31,856 bases of DNA from Myxococcota bacterium (GCA_036012755.1 DASCPX010000135.1:1-31856); one strand, 5' to 3'; positions 16,713-26,171 are shown, counted from the first letter of the stretch. Numbers and translations: made by a program. Notes: generated by a model from the letters alone, not told the origin.

Positions 16713-18379
16713 CTGCGGGCCTTCTCCACCCGGAGCTCACGGATGGCGTCGCGGACCTCTGGCACCTTTCGGGCGACCTCGTTCAGACCCTGTTGACCGC
16801 GTCGGGTCCCGGTCGCCATGAGGCTACGCACGGTGAAGGACTTCAGGCGGGAATGCCGCCCGGCGATGGTGGTTCGGTCCAGCAGGATGTCCATCAGCTC
16901 GTCCACCACCTCGTCACCACCAAGGATGCCGTAGGTGATGAGGAGGGCCTTGAGCTCGGTCTCGCCAACCTCCGCGACCGCAGGCCCGAACAGACGCGCG
17001 CTGATCCGCTCGAGGGTCCTGGGATCGCGATGCACCGCGACATGGCGCAGCGCCTCGATGCGCACCCGACTGTCGTCGTCGTCCAACAGCTCGTTGGCCG
17101 CAGCGCGAATGCGGGCGTCGTCGTGGTGACGCACCGAGCGCAGAGCCGCCTCCCGGATCCGGGGCTCTGGGCTACGGGTGCGGAGCAGGCAGGCGCCGAG
17201 GGCCTGGGTCGCGGCCATGCGCGAGCAGGCCAACAGGGGCGCGAGGTGCAGCCGCTGGTCTTCGGCCTCCAACAGCTTCAACAGGGGCTGCTTGTCGAGC
17301 CCCGAGACCATGATCATTGCATCCGCGACCGACTGGGACAGCTCCGGCAAGGGGCAGTCGTAGCAGAGCAGCGCGAGCTCTGTCGTGCGCGAGGCGTGCA
17401 CCGCGGAGAGAAAGGTGAACAAGGGTCCACGAGCCTCGAGCGGGTCGTTGAGGCGGCCCAGCGCGCCCACGACGGCAGGCCGGCGTTGTTCCGAGACGAA
17501 GTCGCTCAGCCCCTCTCGGAAGGCGTTGCCGTGGTGGAAGCGCCCCCTGAACGGGGCCCTCAGGAGCACCAGCGAGCGCCGAACCAGGCAGGCCATGCCG
17601 TCTGGGTCGCTGTTGTCGAGACGGTCCAGCGCGAGGCGCGCCACTGCCTCGCCGACCCTGCGGGCGCCTCGATCGCTGAACTCCAGCCGCAAGACCTCGA
17701 AGATCACCTGGCTGACCCTGTCGTCGTCGATGTCCTCGCCCCCGATGACGTCGTCGACGTCACGGGCGACGAGCGATCGCTCGATGTGCTCCACATCCGG
17801 GATGTCCAGAGCGTCGGGCGCGCCGCGAGCCTTGCGACGAAGCCGGGCCAGGACAACGCCGGAGTCAGGACTCGGGGAGAAGCAGACGATCCTCTCGACG
17901 GAGCCCTCGACGAGCCGCGTCCGCAGGCTCTCGAGGATACCCGGCACGCCGCTGTCCTCGCCCCTCGGCGCCTCGACGAGGTCGACGTGGACGTTCTGGA
18001 ACTCGCCCCGCCAGACCGCGCTGGTGAGGTCCTCGTCGAAGTGGGAGCGACCGGCCCAGTCTCGGGTGAGGATCTCCAGGATGGAGGCGATCTCGGACTG
18101 CACCGCGTGGGGCTCTACGGAGATCCCTCGAATGCCCGCGCCCTCCAGCACGGCAGCCAGGGTGCTGCTCACCAGGAGCTCTCCCATGTGGCGCACGGTG
18201 CCGTCCTCGAAGTCCACCGACAGCCACCCGCTGTTGTCCAGGAAGGTGCGGACGTCCTTTGCGCAGCTCTCCCCGAGGCGACGAACACGCTGATCGACCA
18301 AGCCGTGCCGTCCTCGCGCCGCTGCCATCTTCTCAAGCGTCTCGAAGGCCCTCGACAGGACCCCGCTGTCTGCGCTCAC
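16709..18379 (-). CDS. HEAT-repeat protein
   Basis: GTG 18379 with AGGAGG upstream. C-terminal SPEPRIREAALRSV and LLDDDDSRVRIEALRHV repeats. ATGA overlap with the HD-GYP gene. Confidence 0.8.
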   Translation of the reverse strand: MSADSGVLSRAFETLEKMAAARGRHGLVDQRVRRLGESCAKDVRTFLDNSGWLSVDFEDGTVRHMGELLVSSTLAAVLEGAGIRGISVEPHAVQSEIASILEILTRDWAGRSHFDEDLTSAVWRGEFQNVHVDLVEAPRGEDSGVPGILESLRTRLVEGSVERIVCFSPSPDSGVVLARLRRKARGAPDALDIPDVEHIERSLVARDVDDVIGGEDIDDDRVSQVIFEVLRLEFSDRGARRVGEAVARLALDRLDNSDPDGMACLVRRSLVLLRAPFRGRFHHGNAFREGLSDFVSEQRRPAVVGALGRLNDPLEARGPLFTFLSAVHASRTTELALLCYDCPLPELSQSVADAMIMVSGLDKQPLLKLLEAEDQRLHLAPLLACSRMAATQALGACLLRTRSPEPRIREAALRSVRHHDDARIRAAANELLDDDDSRVRIEALRHVAVHRDPRTLERISARLFGPAVAEVGETELKALLITYGILGGDEVVDELMDILLDRTTIAGRHSRLKSFTVRSLMATGTRRGQQGLNEVARKVPEVRDAIRELRVEKARR

Positions 18380-18383
18380 CGGG

Positions 18384-18411
18384 CCTCCTGCAGCGATTGT
18401 AGTCGTATGCT
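18384..18411. promoter_or_regulatory. Back-to-back -10-like elements in the 56-bp divergent spacer
   Basis: Minus strand: TACAAT (18396-18401) followed by AGGAGG (18384-18389). Plus strand: TATGCT (18406-18411) ahead of GTG 18436. Confidence 0.4.
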
Positions 18412-18435
18412 TGTACGCGAGCTGAGGACCTCTGG

Positions 18436-19911
18436 GTGAGCCGTCCCCCCATCGGCGAGATCATGGTCGAGTTGGGCCTCCTGACCACGATCCAGGTCCA
18501 GCAGGTCCTCCTGGTCCTCCGGGAGCGCGAGCGTGGCCGCTTTGGAGAGCTGGCCGTAGAGCTCGGCTTCGTGGGGGAGATGGGTCTCGCGCTGTCCGTG
18601 GCACAGCAGTACGGCCTCCCGACCATGGAAGAGAGCACCATCGAGCACCTCGGCGTTCCCCGCGAGATCCTCGAGCTGCTCCCCTTCGACTTCATGCGAA
18701 ACCACCTGGTGATACCGACCTTCCACGACGAGCACACCGGGCGTCTCTCCCTCCTGATCGCGGATCCCACGGACCTGCCGTCCCAGCACCTCGCCCTGGA
18801 CTATGCCAGGGCGCGGGATCTGCGCCTGTTCGTGAGCACGCGCACCTCGATCGGCCGGCTGCTGGACCGTCTCCTCCCCCGGCCGAGCTTCGGCGATGCC
18901 TCCGGCGTCGAGGTGAGCGGCGCCCGCTTCCACGCACCGTTGCGCAGCTCGCGACCCGTCGTCTTCGAGCCCGATCCGGTGCGCGCTTCGGTCCTTCGGC
19001 GGCTGGAGACCCTGGAGCAGGGACGGACCGAATACGTCCGGGACCCCGACCAGGTCACCGCGCTCCTGGAGGCCGGGGCTGCGCACGCCGTGATCCATCG
19101 CGACACGCTCGCCGCCATCGTCGAGCCCTACCTGGGTGTGTGGCGACGCGCGCGGCCCGGTCTCCCGGTCGTGCCGACCCCCTCCCTGAGTCCTGGCGCC
19201 CTCGCCGAGACCACGGCCAGTCAGGGCCCCGGGGTGCTCGATCTGCTGGAGCGCGTCGTGCTCGACGACCTCGCCAATCCAGAGGTCCGCGCTCGGGTCG
19301 GCATGGCGAGCCTGCTCTGCGGGGACCTCGGACTCGCGCCGGACACGGGGGCCGCCGTCCGCATCGCGTTGCTCTTCCTGGAGCGCGGCGGAGACGTGGA
19401 TGCAGAGCTCGCCGACCGACCCGATGCCCTCGCCTTGCTCGACGGGCTGCGGGCGCGGGAGGCTGGTGGAGAGCCCACCCACGACCTGGGCGCGGAGATC
19501 ATCTTCTCCTCCCGACACGCTGAGCAGGGCGATGGCTCCCACCACCCGAGGGTAGTGGTCGCGCTGCGTCGGGCGGAGCGGCGCCTCGAGATGCTGGCCC
19601 GTCTCGAGGGTGGCGCGACCGAGGTCCAAGGCCGCCTCTCGGACCTGCCCCTTCCGGGGCTGCTGACCTCGCTTCACCGGACCGGCGCCAGCGCCCAGGT
19701 CTCGATCACAGGAGGCGCCGAGCGAGGCCTCGTGCACCTCGAGGGCGGCGAGATCATCGCCGTGGCGTGGGGTGAGCGCCACGGAGCCGAGGCCCTCGCC
19801 GGCCTCTGCAGCCTCCACCAGGCCGGCTTCGAGGTCGGCCCGACCGTGGCGGCGGAGCGCGAGCTGGAGATCGACACCGCCGAGCTGCTCAGCGGCCTGT
19901 CGTCCTCCTGA
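18436..19911 (+). CDS. MshEN/T2SSE_N domain + DUF4388 (PatA_N-like) domain protein, no ATPase
   Basis: PIGEIMVELGLLT..QVQQVL...RFGELAVELGFV...L...VAQQYGLP; L.LLP.DF...HLVIP; IADPTDL. The C-terminal QGRLSDLPLPGLLTSLHRTG.S..VSI....G.VHL.GGEII.V....HG.EAL pattern is DUF4388-like. Confidence 0.8.
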   Translation: MSRPPIGEIMVELGLLTTIQVQQVLLVLRERERGRFGELAVELGFVGEMGLALSVAQQYGLPTMEESTIEHLGVPREILELLPFDFMRNHLVIPTFHDEHTGRLSLLIADPTDLPSQHLALDYARARDLRLFVSTRTSIGRLLDRLLPRPSFGDASGVEVSGARFHAPLRSSRPVVFEPDPVRASVLRRLETLEQGRTEYVRDPDQVTALLEAGAAHAVIHRDTLAAIVEPYLGVWRRARPGLPVVPTPSLSPGALAETTASQGPGVLDLLERVVLDDLANPEVRARVGMASLLCGDLGLAPDTGAAVRIALLFLERGGDVDAELADRPDALALLDGLRAREAGGEPTHDLGAEIIFSSRHAEQGDGSHHPRVVVALRRAERRLEMLARLEGGATEVQGRLSDLPLPGLLTSLHRTGASAQVSITGGAERGLVHLEGGEIIAVAWGERHGAEALAGLCSLHQAGFEVGPTVAAERELEIDTAELLSGLSSS

Positions 19912-21514
19912 ACAGGACTACCCGGCCGCCGTGCTCCAGCGGCCAGCTGGCGACCTGCTCGAAGTCCTGCTCCGCCGCAGTGATCGTGCTCAGGACCGGT
20001 GGCAGGTCGGACAGGTCGTAGTGATGGGCCTCGAGGGCCTCTGACATCCGGCTCTCGCGAGGCCAGGCGCCGCCGCGCCGGCTCGTGCTGACGTGGACGA
20101 AGCCCTGGGCCGTGTCGAACCACTCGTAGACCCCCCGCGGATCTGAGATGAGGCCGCGCACCTTCTGGCCGGGCAAGCGCTCGCGGAGCTGGAGGACGAC
20201 GTAGCCCTCGAACCAGGCGACGTCCTCGCTGAAGACGACGACCTCGCCCCCAGGGATGGCGCCGGACAGGGACTCCAGGGGAAGGCGAAGCCCGCGCGGC
20301 GCGAGGGCTTGGGGAAACCTCGGCGCGACGTAGCGCTCGGGCAGCGCGTCGTTCTCGAACACGGCGGGGAGGGCGAGCCCCCGGTCCCACATCATGCGGC
20401 TGTGGCCATGCAGGCCACAAAACAGCATGACCGCTCCGACGAGGACGCCTGGCCTGCCCAGCCGGACCAGCAGCTCGGCGGAGAGCACGGCGACGCAGCC
20501 GAGCATCGGGATCGTGTAGAAGGCCTGCTTCTTCTGCACGAGGGTGAAGAGCCCCACGGCGCTCAGGACGATGAGCAGCGGGACCAGGCGTGGACCACGA
20601 GGCTTCGCCAGCGCCGCGGCGATGCCCCCGAGACCGAGGACACCGAGCACCACGCCCGCCTGGGAGTCGAGCAGGCTCGCCGGGTAGAACAGGAAGCTCT
20701 CCACCGCCCAGGCATCGCGCTGCTCGGTCCAGGCTCCGGTGCTGTCCACCTCGCCGATGCCGCCCTGGGACAGGAGCTCGTCCAGGTTGTGCGTGAAGAA
20801 CTCGACGTGCCACCAACCGGCGATCAGCGCCACCACCACCAGGCAAGCCAGACCTCCGACGAGCTTCTTTCGGGCATCGCCACGGGCGATGGAGGAGACC
20901 CAGACCACGCCCGCCGGCAGGGCAAGGAAGACGCCGAGGCTGAGCCGGTCCATCAGCAGCCCGAGCGCCACCGCGATCCCGAACATCAGGGCGGCGCGTC
21001 GGTCGGAGAAGCCCCTGGACCTGACAAGGAAGACCGCGCCGAGCGTGACCCAGGCGCAGACGGCGACGTTCGGCTCGAAGCGCACCAGGTTGCCGTAGAT
21101 GGAGGGGTAGAGCGTCAACAGCCCCATCGCGGCCAGCCCGGTCCAGCGACCGCGTAGCTCGACGCCGAGCAGGTAGGTGGCGGCGAGCAACACCGCCAGG
21201 TGCCCCAGGTTGGTCAGCACCATGGCGATGTGACGAGGGCCCATCACGGCGAACAGCGGCCAAGGGGCGAGGTAGAAGCCCGGCGGCCAGTAGTTCGTCG
21301 TCAGGTAGTAACGGAGATGCCAGCCGTCTCGATCGACAAACGCGCCCCAGAGGTCCAGGGCGTTGCCGATGTGGAGGAACTCGTTCTGGTGGCCGTCGGG
21401 GATGCCGTTTCGATGGGACCACTCGACGACCTCGACCCCATGGACGAGCAGGAGCGCACCACCGAGGAGCCAGGGCAGCCACCGCAACAGGTTCCGCGGG
21501 TCCAGGCCTCTCAT
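19889..21514 (-). CDS. ArnT/PMT-like (GT-C) polytopic membrane glycosyltransferase
   Basis: Many TM helices; NYWPPGFYL, ATYLLGVELRGRWTGLAA..L...P, ALGLLMD, KKQAFYTIPML. The start is placed at ATG 21514 because the 21577 start would overlap the divergent gene. Confidence 0.78.
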   Translation of the reverse strand: MRGLDPRNLLRWLPWLLGGALLLVHGVEVVEWSHRNGIPDGHQNEFLHIGNALDLWGAFVDRDGWHLRYYLTTNYWPPGFYLAPWPLFAVMGPRHIAMVLTNLGHLAVLLAATYLLGVELRGRWTGLAAMGLLTLYPSIYGNLVRFEPNVAVCAWVTLGAVFLVRSRGFSDRRAALMFGIAVALGLLMDRLSLGVFLALPAGVVWVSSIARGDARKKLVGGLACLVVVALIAGWWHVEFFTHNLDELLSQGGIGEVDSTGAWTEQRDAWAVESFLFYPASLLDSQAGVVLGVLGLGGIAAALAKPRGPRLVPLLIVLSAVGLFTLVQKKQAFYTIPMLGCVAVLSAELLVRLGRPGVLVGAVMLFCGLHGHSRMMWDRGLALPAVFENDALPERYVAPRFPQALAPRGLRLPLESLSGAIPGGEVVVFSEDVAWFEGYVVLQLRERLPGQKVRGLISDPRGVYEWFDTAQGFVHVSTSRRGGAWPRESRMSEALEAHHYDLSDLPPVLSTITAAEQDFEQVASWPLEHGGRVVLFRRTTGR

Positions 21515-21567
21515 CCTCCGCAAGATCGCACGAATCGGCGGGCTACAGTCGCTGAGGAGGTAGCTCG

Positions 21568-23043
21568 GTGACGACACGCTCGCTGCAGGGCCTGAAGGTC
21601 GCGCTGGTCTATCCGCCCTACGGGCCGGTCAAGAACGAGCCCGGGATCAAGACGGTGAAGGAGAACTACGGGATCTTCCCTTCCCTGTCCTTGCTCTACG
21701 TCGCGGGCATCCTGGAGGAGGCCGGGTGCGAGGTCCTGCTCCTCGACGTGCACGCTCATGAGCTGAGCCTGGAGGAGACGGTCCGCAAGCTGCGGGCCTT
21801 CGGCCCCGAGTACGTCGGCTACACGATCACGACCTACCTCTTCTTCCAGACCCTGGACTGGATCAAGGCGATCAAGGCCGAGCTCGACGTGCCGACCATC
21901 GTCGGCGGCGTCCACCTGAGCATCTACCCCCACGAGACGCTCACCCACGACGCAATCGACTACGCCGTCACCGGAGAGGCGGAGCTCGCGCTCCCCGAGC
22001 TGCTCCTCGCGCTGCAGACCAACGGCGCGCTGCGCGAGGTGCGGGGCGTCGCCTTCAGGCAAGGAGGACCGACCGCCGAGGGCGGCGAGGTCATCGTGAC
22101 GGAGGCCGCCCGGGACGTCGACGTCGACAAGGCGCCGTTTCCGGCCCGCCACCTCATCGACAACACCGTCTACCACTCGTTCATCAGCAAGTACCGGAAC
22201 TTCAGCTGCTTCATCACTTCCCGCGGCTGCCCATACAAGTGCATCTTCTGCGAGCAGGGCGCCAAGGCCTTCCGGGCTCGCTCGCCCAAGGACGTCGGCG
22301 ACGAGCTCGAGCTCTGCGTGAAGGAGTTCGGCATCCGCGAGCTCGACTTCTTCGACTCCAGCTTCACCATCCGAAAGGACCGGGTGCTCGGCATCTGTGA
22401 CGAGATCAAGCGCCGGCGTCTGGACATCCACTGGGCCGCTCGCACCCGGGTCGACTGCATCAACCGGGACGTGCTCCGCGCGATGCGCCAGGCCGGCTGC
22501 GCCCGCATCTACTACGGCATCGAGTCGGGCAACCGCGAGATCCTCAGGGTGCTCAAGAAGTCGACCAGCCTCGACGTCATCAAGCGCGTGATCCGCGAGA
22601 CGAAGCAGGAGGGCATCGACACCTTCGGCTACTTCATGGTCGGCAACCCCTTCGAGACGCCGACGACGGTCCGTCAGACGATCCGGCTGTCGCTGGATCT
22701 GGACCTCGACTACGCACAGTTCAGCAAGGTCACGCCCATGCCGGCGACCGAGATGTACGCGATGCTCATGAGGCAGACAGGGCGAGACTACTGGCGCGAG
22801 TTCGTGCTGGACCCGCACGACGATCTCGTGCCGCGACCACACTGCGACATGACCGACGCGGAGATCCAGCGCTGGACGCGCCTGGCCTACCTCCGCTTCT
22901 ACTACCGCCCCTCGATGATGCGACGGCGGCTGGCGGCGATGGAGAGCTTCGACGAGCTCAAGCGCAGCGTCGAGACCGCCTGGTCGATGCTCAGGGAGTA
23001 CGACCTCGGCGAGGACGCCACCGGCATGGAGGTCGTCGGATAG
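21568..23043 (+). CDS. Cobalamin-binding radical SAM enzyme (class B methyltransferase-like)
   Basis: GTG after GAGGAGG. B12 domain: PSLSLLYVAGILE, IVGGVHLS, VTGEAE, PFPARHL. Radical SAM: TSRGCPYKCIFC (CxxxCxxC), GIESGN, YFMVGNPFET, TPMPATEMY. Confidence 0.93.
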   Translation: MTTRSLQGLKVALVYPPYGPVKNEPGIKTVKENYGIFPSLSLLYVAGILEEAGCEVLLLDVHAHELSLEETVRKLRAFGPEYVGYTITTYLFFQTLDWIKAIKAELDVPTIVGGVHLSIYPHETLTHDAIDYAVTGEAELALPELLLALQTNGALREVRGVAFRQGGPTAEGGEVIVTEAARDVDVDKAPFPARHLIDNTVYHSFISKYRNFSCFITSRGCPYKCIFCEQGAKAFRARSPKDVGDELELCVKEFGIRELDFFDSSFTIRKDRVLGICDEIKRRRLDIHWAARTRVDCINRDVLRAMRQAGCARIYYGIESGNREILRVLKKSTSLDVIKRVIRETKQEGIDTFGYFMVGNPFETPTTVRQTIRLSLDLDLDYAQFSKVTPMPATEMYAMLMRQTGRDYWREFVLDPHDDLVPRPHCDMTDAEIQRWTRLAYLRFYYRPSMMRRRLAAMESFDELKRSVETAWSMLREYDLGEDATGMEVVG

Positions 23044-23052
23044 ACTCCCGCG

Positions 23053-24729
23053 GTGCTCGTCCTAGGCCTCGCAGACAACCACGACGCGGGCGCGGCGCTG
23101 GTCAGAGACGGCGAACTCGTCGCGGCCTGCGGGCAGGAGCGCATCGACCGAAAGAAGAACTCCGGTGCCTTCCCGTGGGGCGCCATCGACGCAGTGCTCG
23201 ACATGGTCGGAGCGCGCTACCGGGACGTCGATCGGGTCGTTTTCGGCACGGCCTACACACCATCGTGGCTCCTGCGGCGCTTCCCGGGCTTCCACCACGA
23301 GAAGAAGGGCGGCGGCAACTTCGACTACCTGCTGAACCTCTACATCGCCTACCAGGTGGCGCTGCGAAAGTCGGGTCTGGCGGTCCACGAGCACGAGGCG
23401 TGCCGGCGCTTGTTGGCCAAGCGCCTGTCCGACCGGGGCTTCCGAAAGGCACAAGTCACCCTCGCCGATCACCACATGGCCCACGCCCAGGCCGCCTACA
23501 GGTGCCAGGGCCGCGAGCGCTGCCTCGTCCTCACCGTGGACGCGATGGGAGACGGGGTGAGCTCGACGGTCTGCGTAGGTCGGCACGGCCAGCTCAACCG
23601 CCACTGGGAGCAGTCCGGCTTCGCCGCCGTGAACACCTACTACTCCCGCGTCACGGAGTTCCTCGGCTTCACGCCCAACCGCCACGAAGGCAAGATCACC
23701 GGCCTCGCGGCATACGCCGAGCCCCCCCCGGAGCTCCTGGAGCACTTCCGGTCCCAGCTTCACTTCGACGGTCGTCGCTTCTCCCGAGTGAACTACCTCC
23801 GGCGACAGCACCCCGGCGACCGCTTCTACTCGGTGCTGTCCCGCTACTCGCGCGAGGAGGTCGCCGCGGCGCTGCAGCAGAACCTCGAGCTGGCCCTCAC
23901 CGCCTTCGTTGCCCACTGGGTCGACCACGCCGGCATCGGGGATCTCGCCGTCTGCGGGGGCATCTTCGCCAACGTGAAGCTGAACCAGCGCATCTGCGAG
24001 CTCCCTGGTGTGAGCTCGCTCTTCGTCTTCCCGAACATGGGCGACGGGGGCCTGTGCATCGGGGCCGCGATGGCCTGCGCAGGGGTCGCGCCGCACGCGC
24101 TGCCGACGGTCTACCTCGGTCCGAGCTACACCGACGCGCAGATCGGCCGCGAGCTCTCCATAGCCAAGCTGAAGCCGTCGAGGCCTGGGGATCTCGCCGA
24201 TGCGGTGGTCGACCGGCTCGTCGAGGGCAAGGTCGTCGCGCGCTTCGCCGGGGGCATGGAGTTCGGGCCGAGAGCCCTGGGCCACCGCACGCTCCTGGTT
24301 CGCCCCGACTCAGAGGACGTCAACACCTGGCTCAACGATCGCCTGCAGCGCTCGGAGTTCATGCCCTTCGCCCCGGTGGTGCTCGATGTCGACGCCCCGC
24401 GGCTCTTCCACGGCTACGACAAGGCCCGCCACGCCGCGCGCTTCATGACCGTCTGCTTCGACGTGCACCCGGAGCTGGCCGAGAAGGCCCCAGGCTGCGT
24501 GCACATCGACGGGACCGCACGACCCCAGGTCATCCGCGAAGAGGACGACCCCGAGTACTACGCGATCCTGCAGGGTTTCAAGGCCAGGACGGGCATCCCC
24601 GCGCTCATCAACACCAGCTTCAACATGCACGAGGAGCCGATCGTGTGCTCGCCTCACGACGCCATCCGCGCCTGGAAGCTGGGCCGCCTCGACAGCCTCG
24701 CCATCGGCCCCTACCTCGTCGACTCCTGA
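23053..24729 (+). CDS. NodU/CmcH-family carbamoyltransferase
   Basis: VLGLADNHDAGAAL, ERIDRKK, DHHMAHA, DAMGD, HEGKITGLAAY, GGIFANVKLN, MGDGG, MEFGPRALGHR, FMPFAP, VHIDGTARPQ, NTSFNMHEEPIV. Confidence 0.95.
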   Translation: MLVLGLADNHDAGAALVRDGELVAACGQERIDRKKNSGAFPWGAIDAVLDMVGARYRDVDRVVFGTAYTPSWLLRRFPGFHHEKKGGGNFDYLLNLYIAYQVALRKSGLAVHEHEACRRLLAKRLSDRGFRKAQVTLADHHMAHAQAAYRCQGRERCLVLTVDAMGDGVSSTVCVGRHGQLNRHWEQSGFAAVNTYYSRVTEFLGFTPNRHEGKITGLAAYAEPPPELLEHFRSQLHFDGRRFSRVNYLRRQHPGDRFYSVLSRYSREEVAAALQQNLELALTAFVAHWVDHAGIGDLAVCGGIFANVKLNQRICELPGVSSLFVFPNMGDGGLCIGAAMACAGVAPHALPTVYLGPSYTDAQIGRELSIAKLKPSRPGDLADAVVDRLVEGKVVARFAGGMEFGPRALGHRTLLVRPDSEDVNTWLNDRLQRSEFMPFAPVVLDVDAPRLFHGYDKARHAARFMTVCFDVHPELAEKAPGCVHIDGTARPQVIREEDDPEYYAILQGFKARTGIPALINTSFNMHEEPIVCSPHDAIRAWKLGRLDSLAIGPYLVDS

Positions 24730-24829
24730 GACCCGCTGAAGATCGACGGGCCTGCTCCGTAGAGATGTGAGCGCGGCCTGTCGGAACTCCTCCGTTGATC
24801 AGTGCAGCGTCAAGAGGCATGATGAAGTA

Positions 24830-25570
24830 ATGCTTCAGCTACTGCCCATGGTGCTCGGCTGCTCACCGGTCTACCGGATCCCGGGGTCCACGGCCTCTGT
24901 CGGCACGGAGCGAGTCCGCACCTCTGGACCGTGGGCGGACGAAGAGGAGCCGGCGGTGGTGGAGGCCCACGTCTCGACACCCGAGGACGAGCCCCGCCGG
25001 GCGAGGAGGAAGAAGGAGAGCTCCGGTGGGGGCGAGGAGGTCGCAGAAGCCGCGGCCTGGTACATCGGCAAGTCGACCTTGTCCTGCGAAGGCGAGAACT
25101 ACCGCTACGACTGCTCGGGCTTCGTGGACGCTGCGCACGCCCGGGCCGGTGTCGACCTCGGCCACAAGAACACCGCCGCGCTCTTTGCCCTGGGCGAGAT
25201 GCTCGATGTCGACCACGACAGCCCCGAGCTTGGCGACGTGATCTTCTTCGACAACACCTACGATCGCGACGGCGACGGGCGCCTCGACGACGAACTCAGC
25301 CACGTGGCGATCGTCGAGGACATCGACGACGACGGCACCCTCACCCTCGTCCACAAGGGCAGCAAGGGCGTGGTGCGGATCTGGATGAACCTCGAGCACC
25401 CGGAGATGGCCCTGTCCCCGGAGGGCAAGAAGTGGAACAGTTGGCTGCGCGCTCGCAAGCGCTCGGATCCCCGGGGCACGGAGTACCTGACCGGCCAGCT
25501 CTACCGGGGCTCGGCCAGCTTCTGGGCTGCCGAGGAGCTCGACATCGACGCCAACGCCGAGATCCCCTGA
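24830..25570 (+). CDS. NlpC/P60-CHAP type peptidoglycan hydrolase, probable lipoprotein, 246 aa
   Basis: ATG 24830, MLQLLPMVLGC lipobox-like; catalytic YDCSGFV; PELGDVIFFDNTYDRDGDGRLDD; HVAIVE. Confidence 0.85.
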   Translation: MLQLLPMVLGCSPVYRIPGSTASVGTERVRTSGPWADEEEPAVVEAHVSTPEDEPRRARRKKESSGGGEEVAEAAAWYIGKSTLSCEGENYRYDCSGFVDAAHARAGVDLGHKNTAALFALGEMLDVDHDSPELGDVIFFDNTYDRDGDGRLDDELSHVAIVEDIDDDGTLTLVHKGSKGVVRIWMNLEHPEMALSPEGKKWNSWLRARKRSDPRGTEYLTGQLYRGSASFWAAEELDIDANAEIP

Positions 25571-25571
25571 A

Positions 25572-26171
25572 TCACTCCAGGGGCACGCCGGTCTCGCTGA
25601 CGAAGTCCTCGATGGACCGATCGCCCAGGAAGGAGCCCCAGCGAGCCTGGGCCTCGAAAGCCTCGCGGGCACGCCGGGCGTAGCGGAGCTCGAGCTCCAG
25701 GTGCTCGATGCGGTGGTCGATGATGAGGCGCGCGGCGGCCGGCACATAGGGCGAGGTGCGCTCCTTCAGGGCGTGCGCCTCCTCGATCTGCTCGGAGAGG
25801 ACCCCTGCGCGACGATCGAGCACCTCCAGCGCCTCGCCGAGCTCCAACAGGAAGGCTCCGCTGATGAAGAGGTCGATGTCGAAGGTGGTGGCGTCCGGTG
25901 ACGCCCCCGCCTCGAGGAGCATGGCGCGGAGGTGTTGTCTCCCGGTGTCCGTCACGTCGAAGACCTTGCGGCCTCGCTGCCCCCCCTCGCAGAGCGCGAT
26001 GTGCCCGTGCTTCTGAAGGCGGTTCAGGGTCGCGTAGATGTGGCCGTGGTCCGCCTTGGTCCACCACGAGACGTGCTTGTAGCGGAACTCGAGCTTGATC
26101 TCGTAGCCGTGCATCGGCTTCCTCGCCAAGGAGGACAGGATCAGGATCTCCATCCGGCTCGTGCGCGCCAT
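25572..26171 (-). CDS. PadR-family transcriptional regulator, 199 aa
   Basis: ATG 26171. ILILSSLARKPMHGYEIK, GHIYATLNRLQKHGHI, RKVFDVTDTGRQHL, and a long C-terminal helical domain. Confidence 0.92.
   Translation of the reverse strand: MARTSRMEILILSSLARKPMHGYEIKLEFRYKHVSWWTKADHGHIYATLNRLQKHGHIALCEGGQRGRKVFDVTDTGRQHLRAMLLEAGASPDATTFDIDLFISGAFLLELGEALEVLDRRAGVLSEQIEEAHALKERTSPYVPAAARLIIDHRIEHLELELRYARRAREAFEAQARWGSFLGDRSIEDFVSETGVPLE

Noticed and set aside
15486..24770. Long antisense or alternative-frame ORFs (e.g. 15486..16796+, 16676..18439+, 18376..19818-, 19674..21482-, 21511..22842-, 23062..24285-, 23175..24770+)
   Set aside because: They overlap well-supported genes, lack motifs, and are expected from stop-codon scarcity in high-GC DNA.
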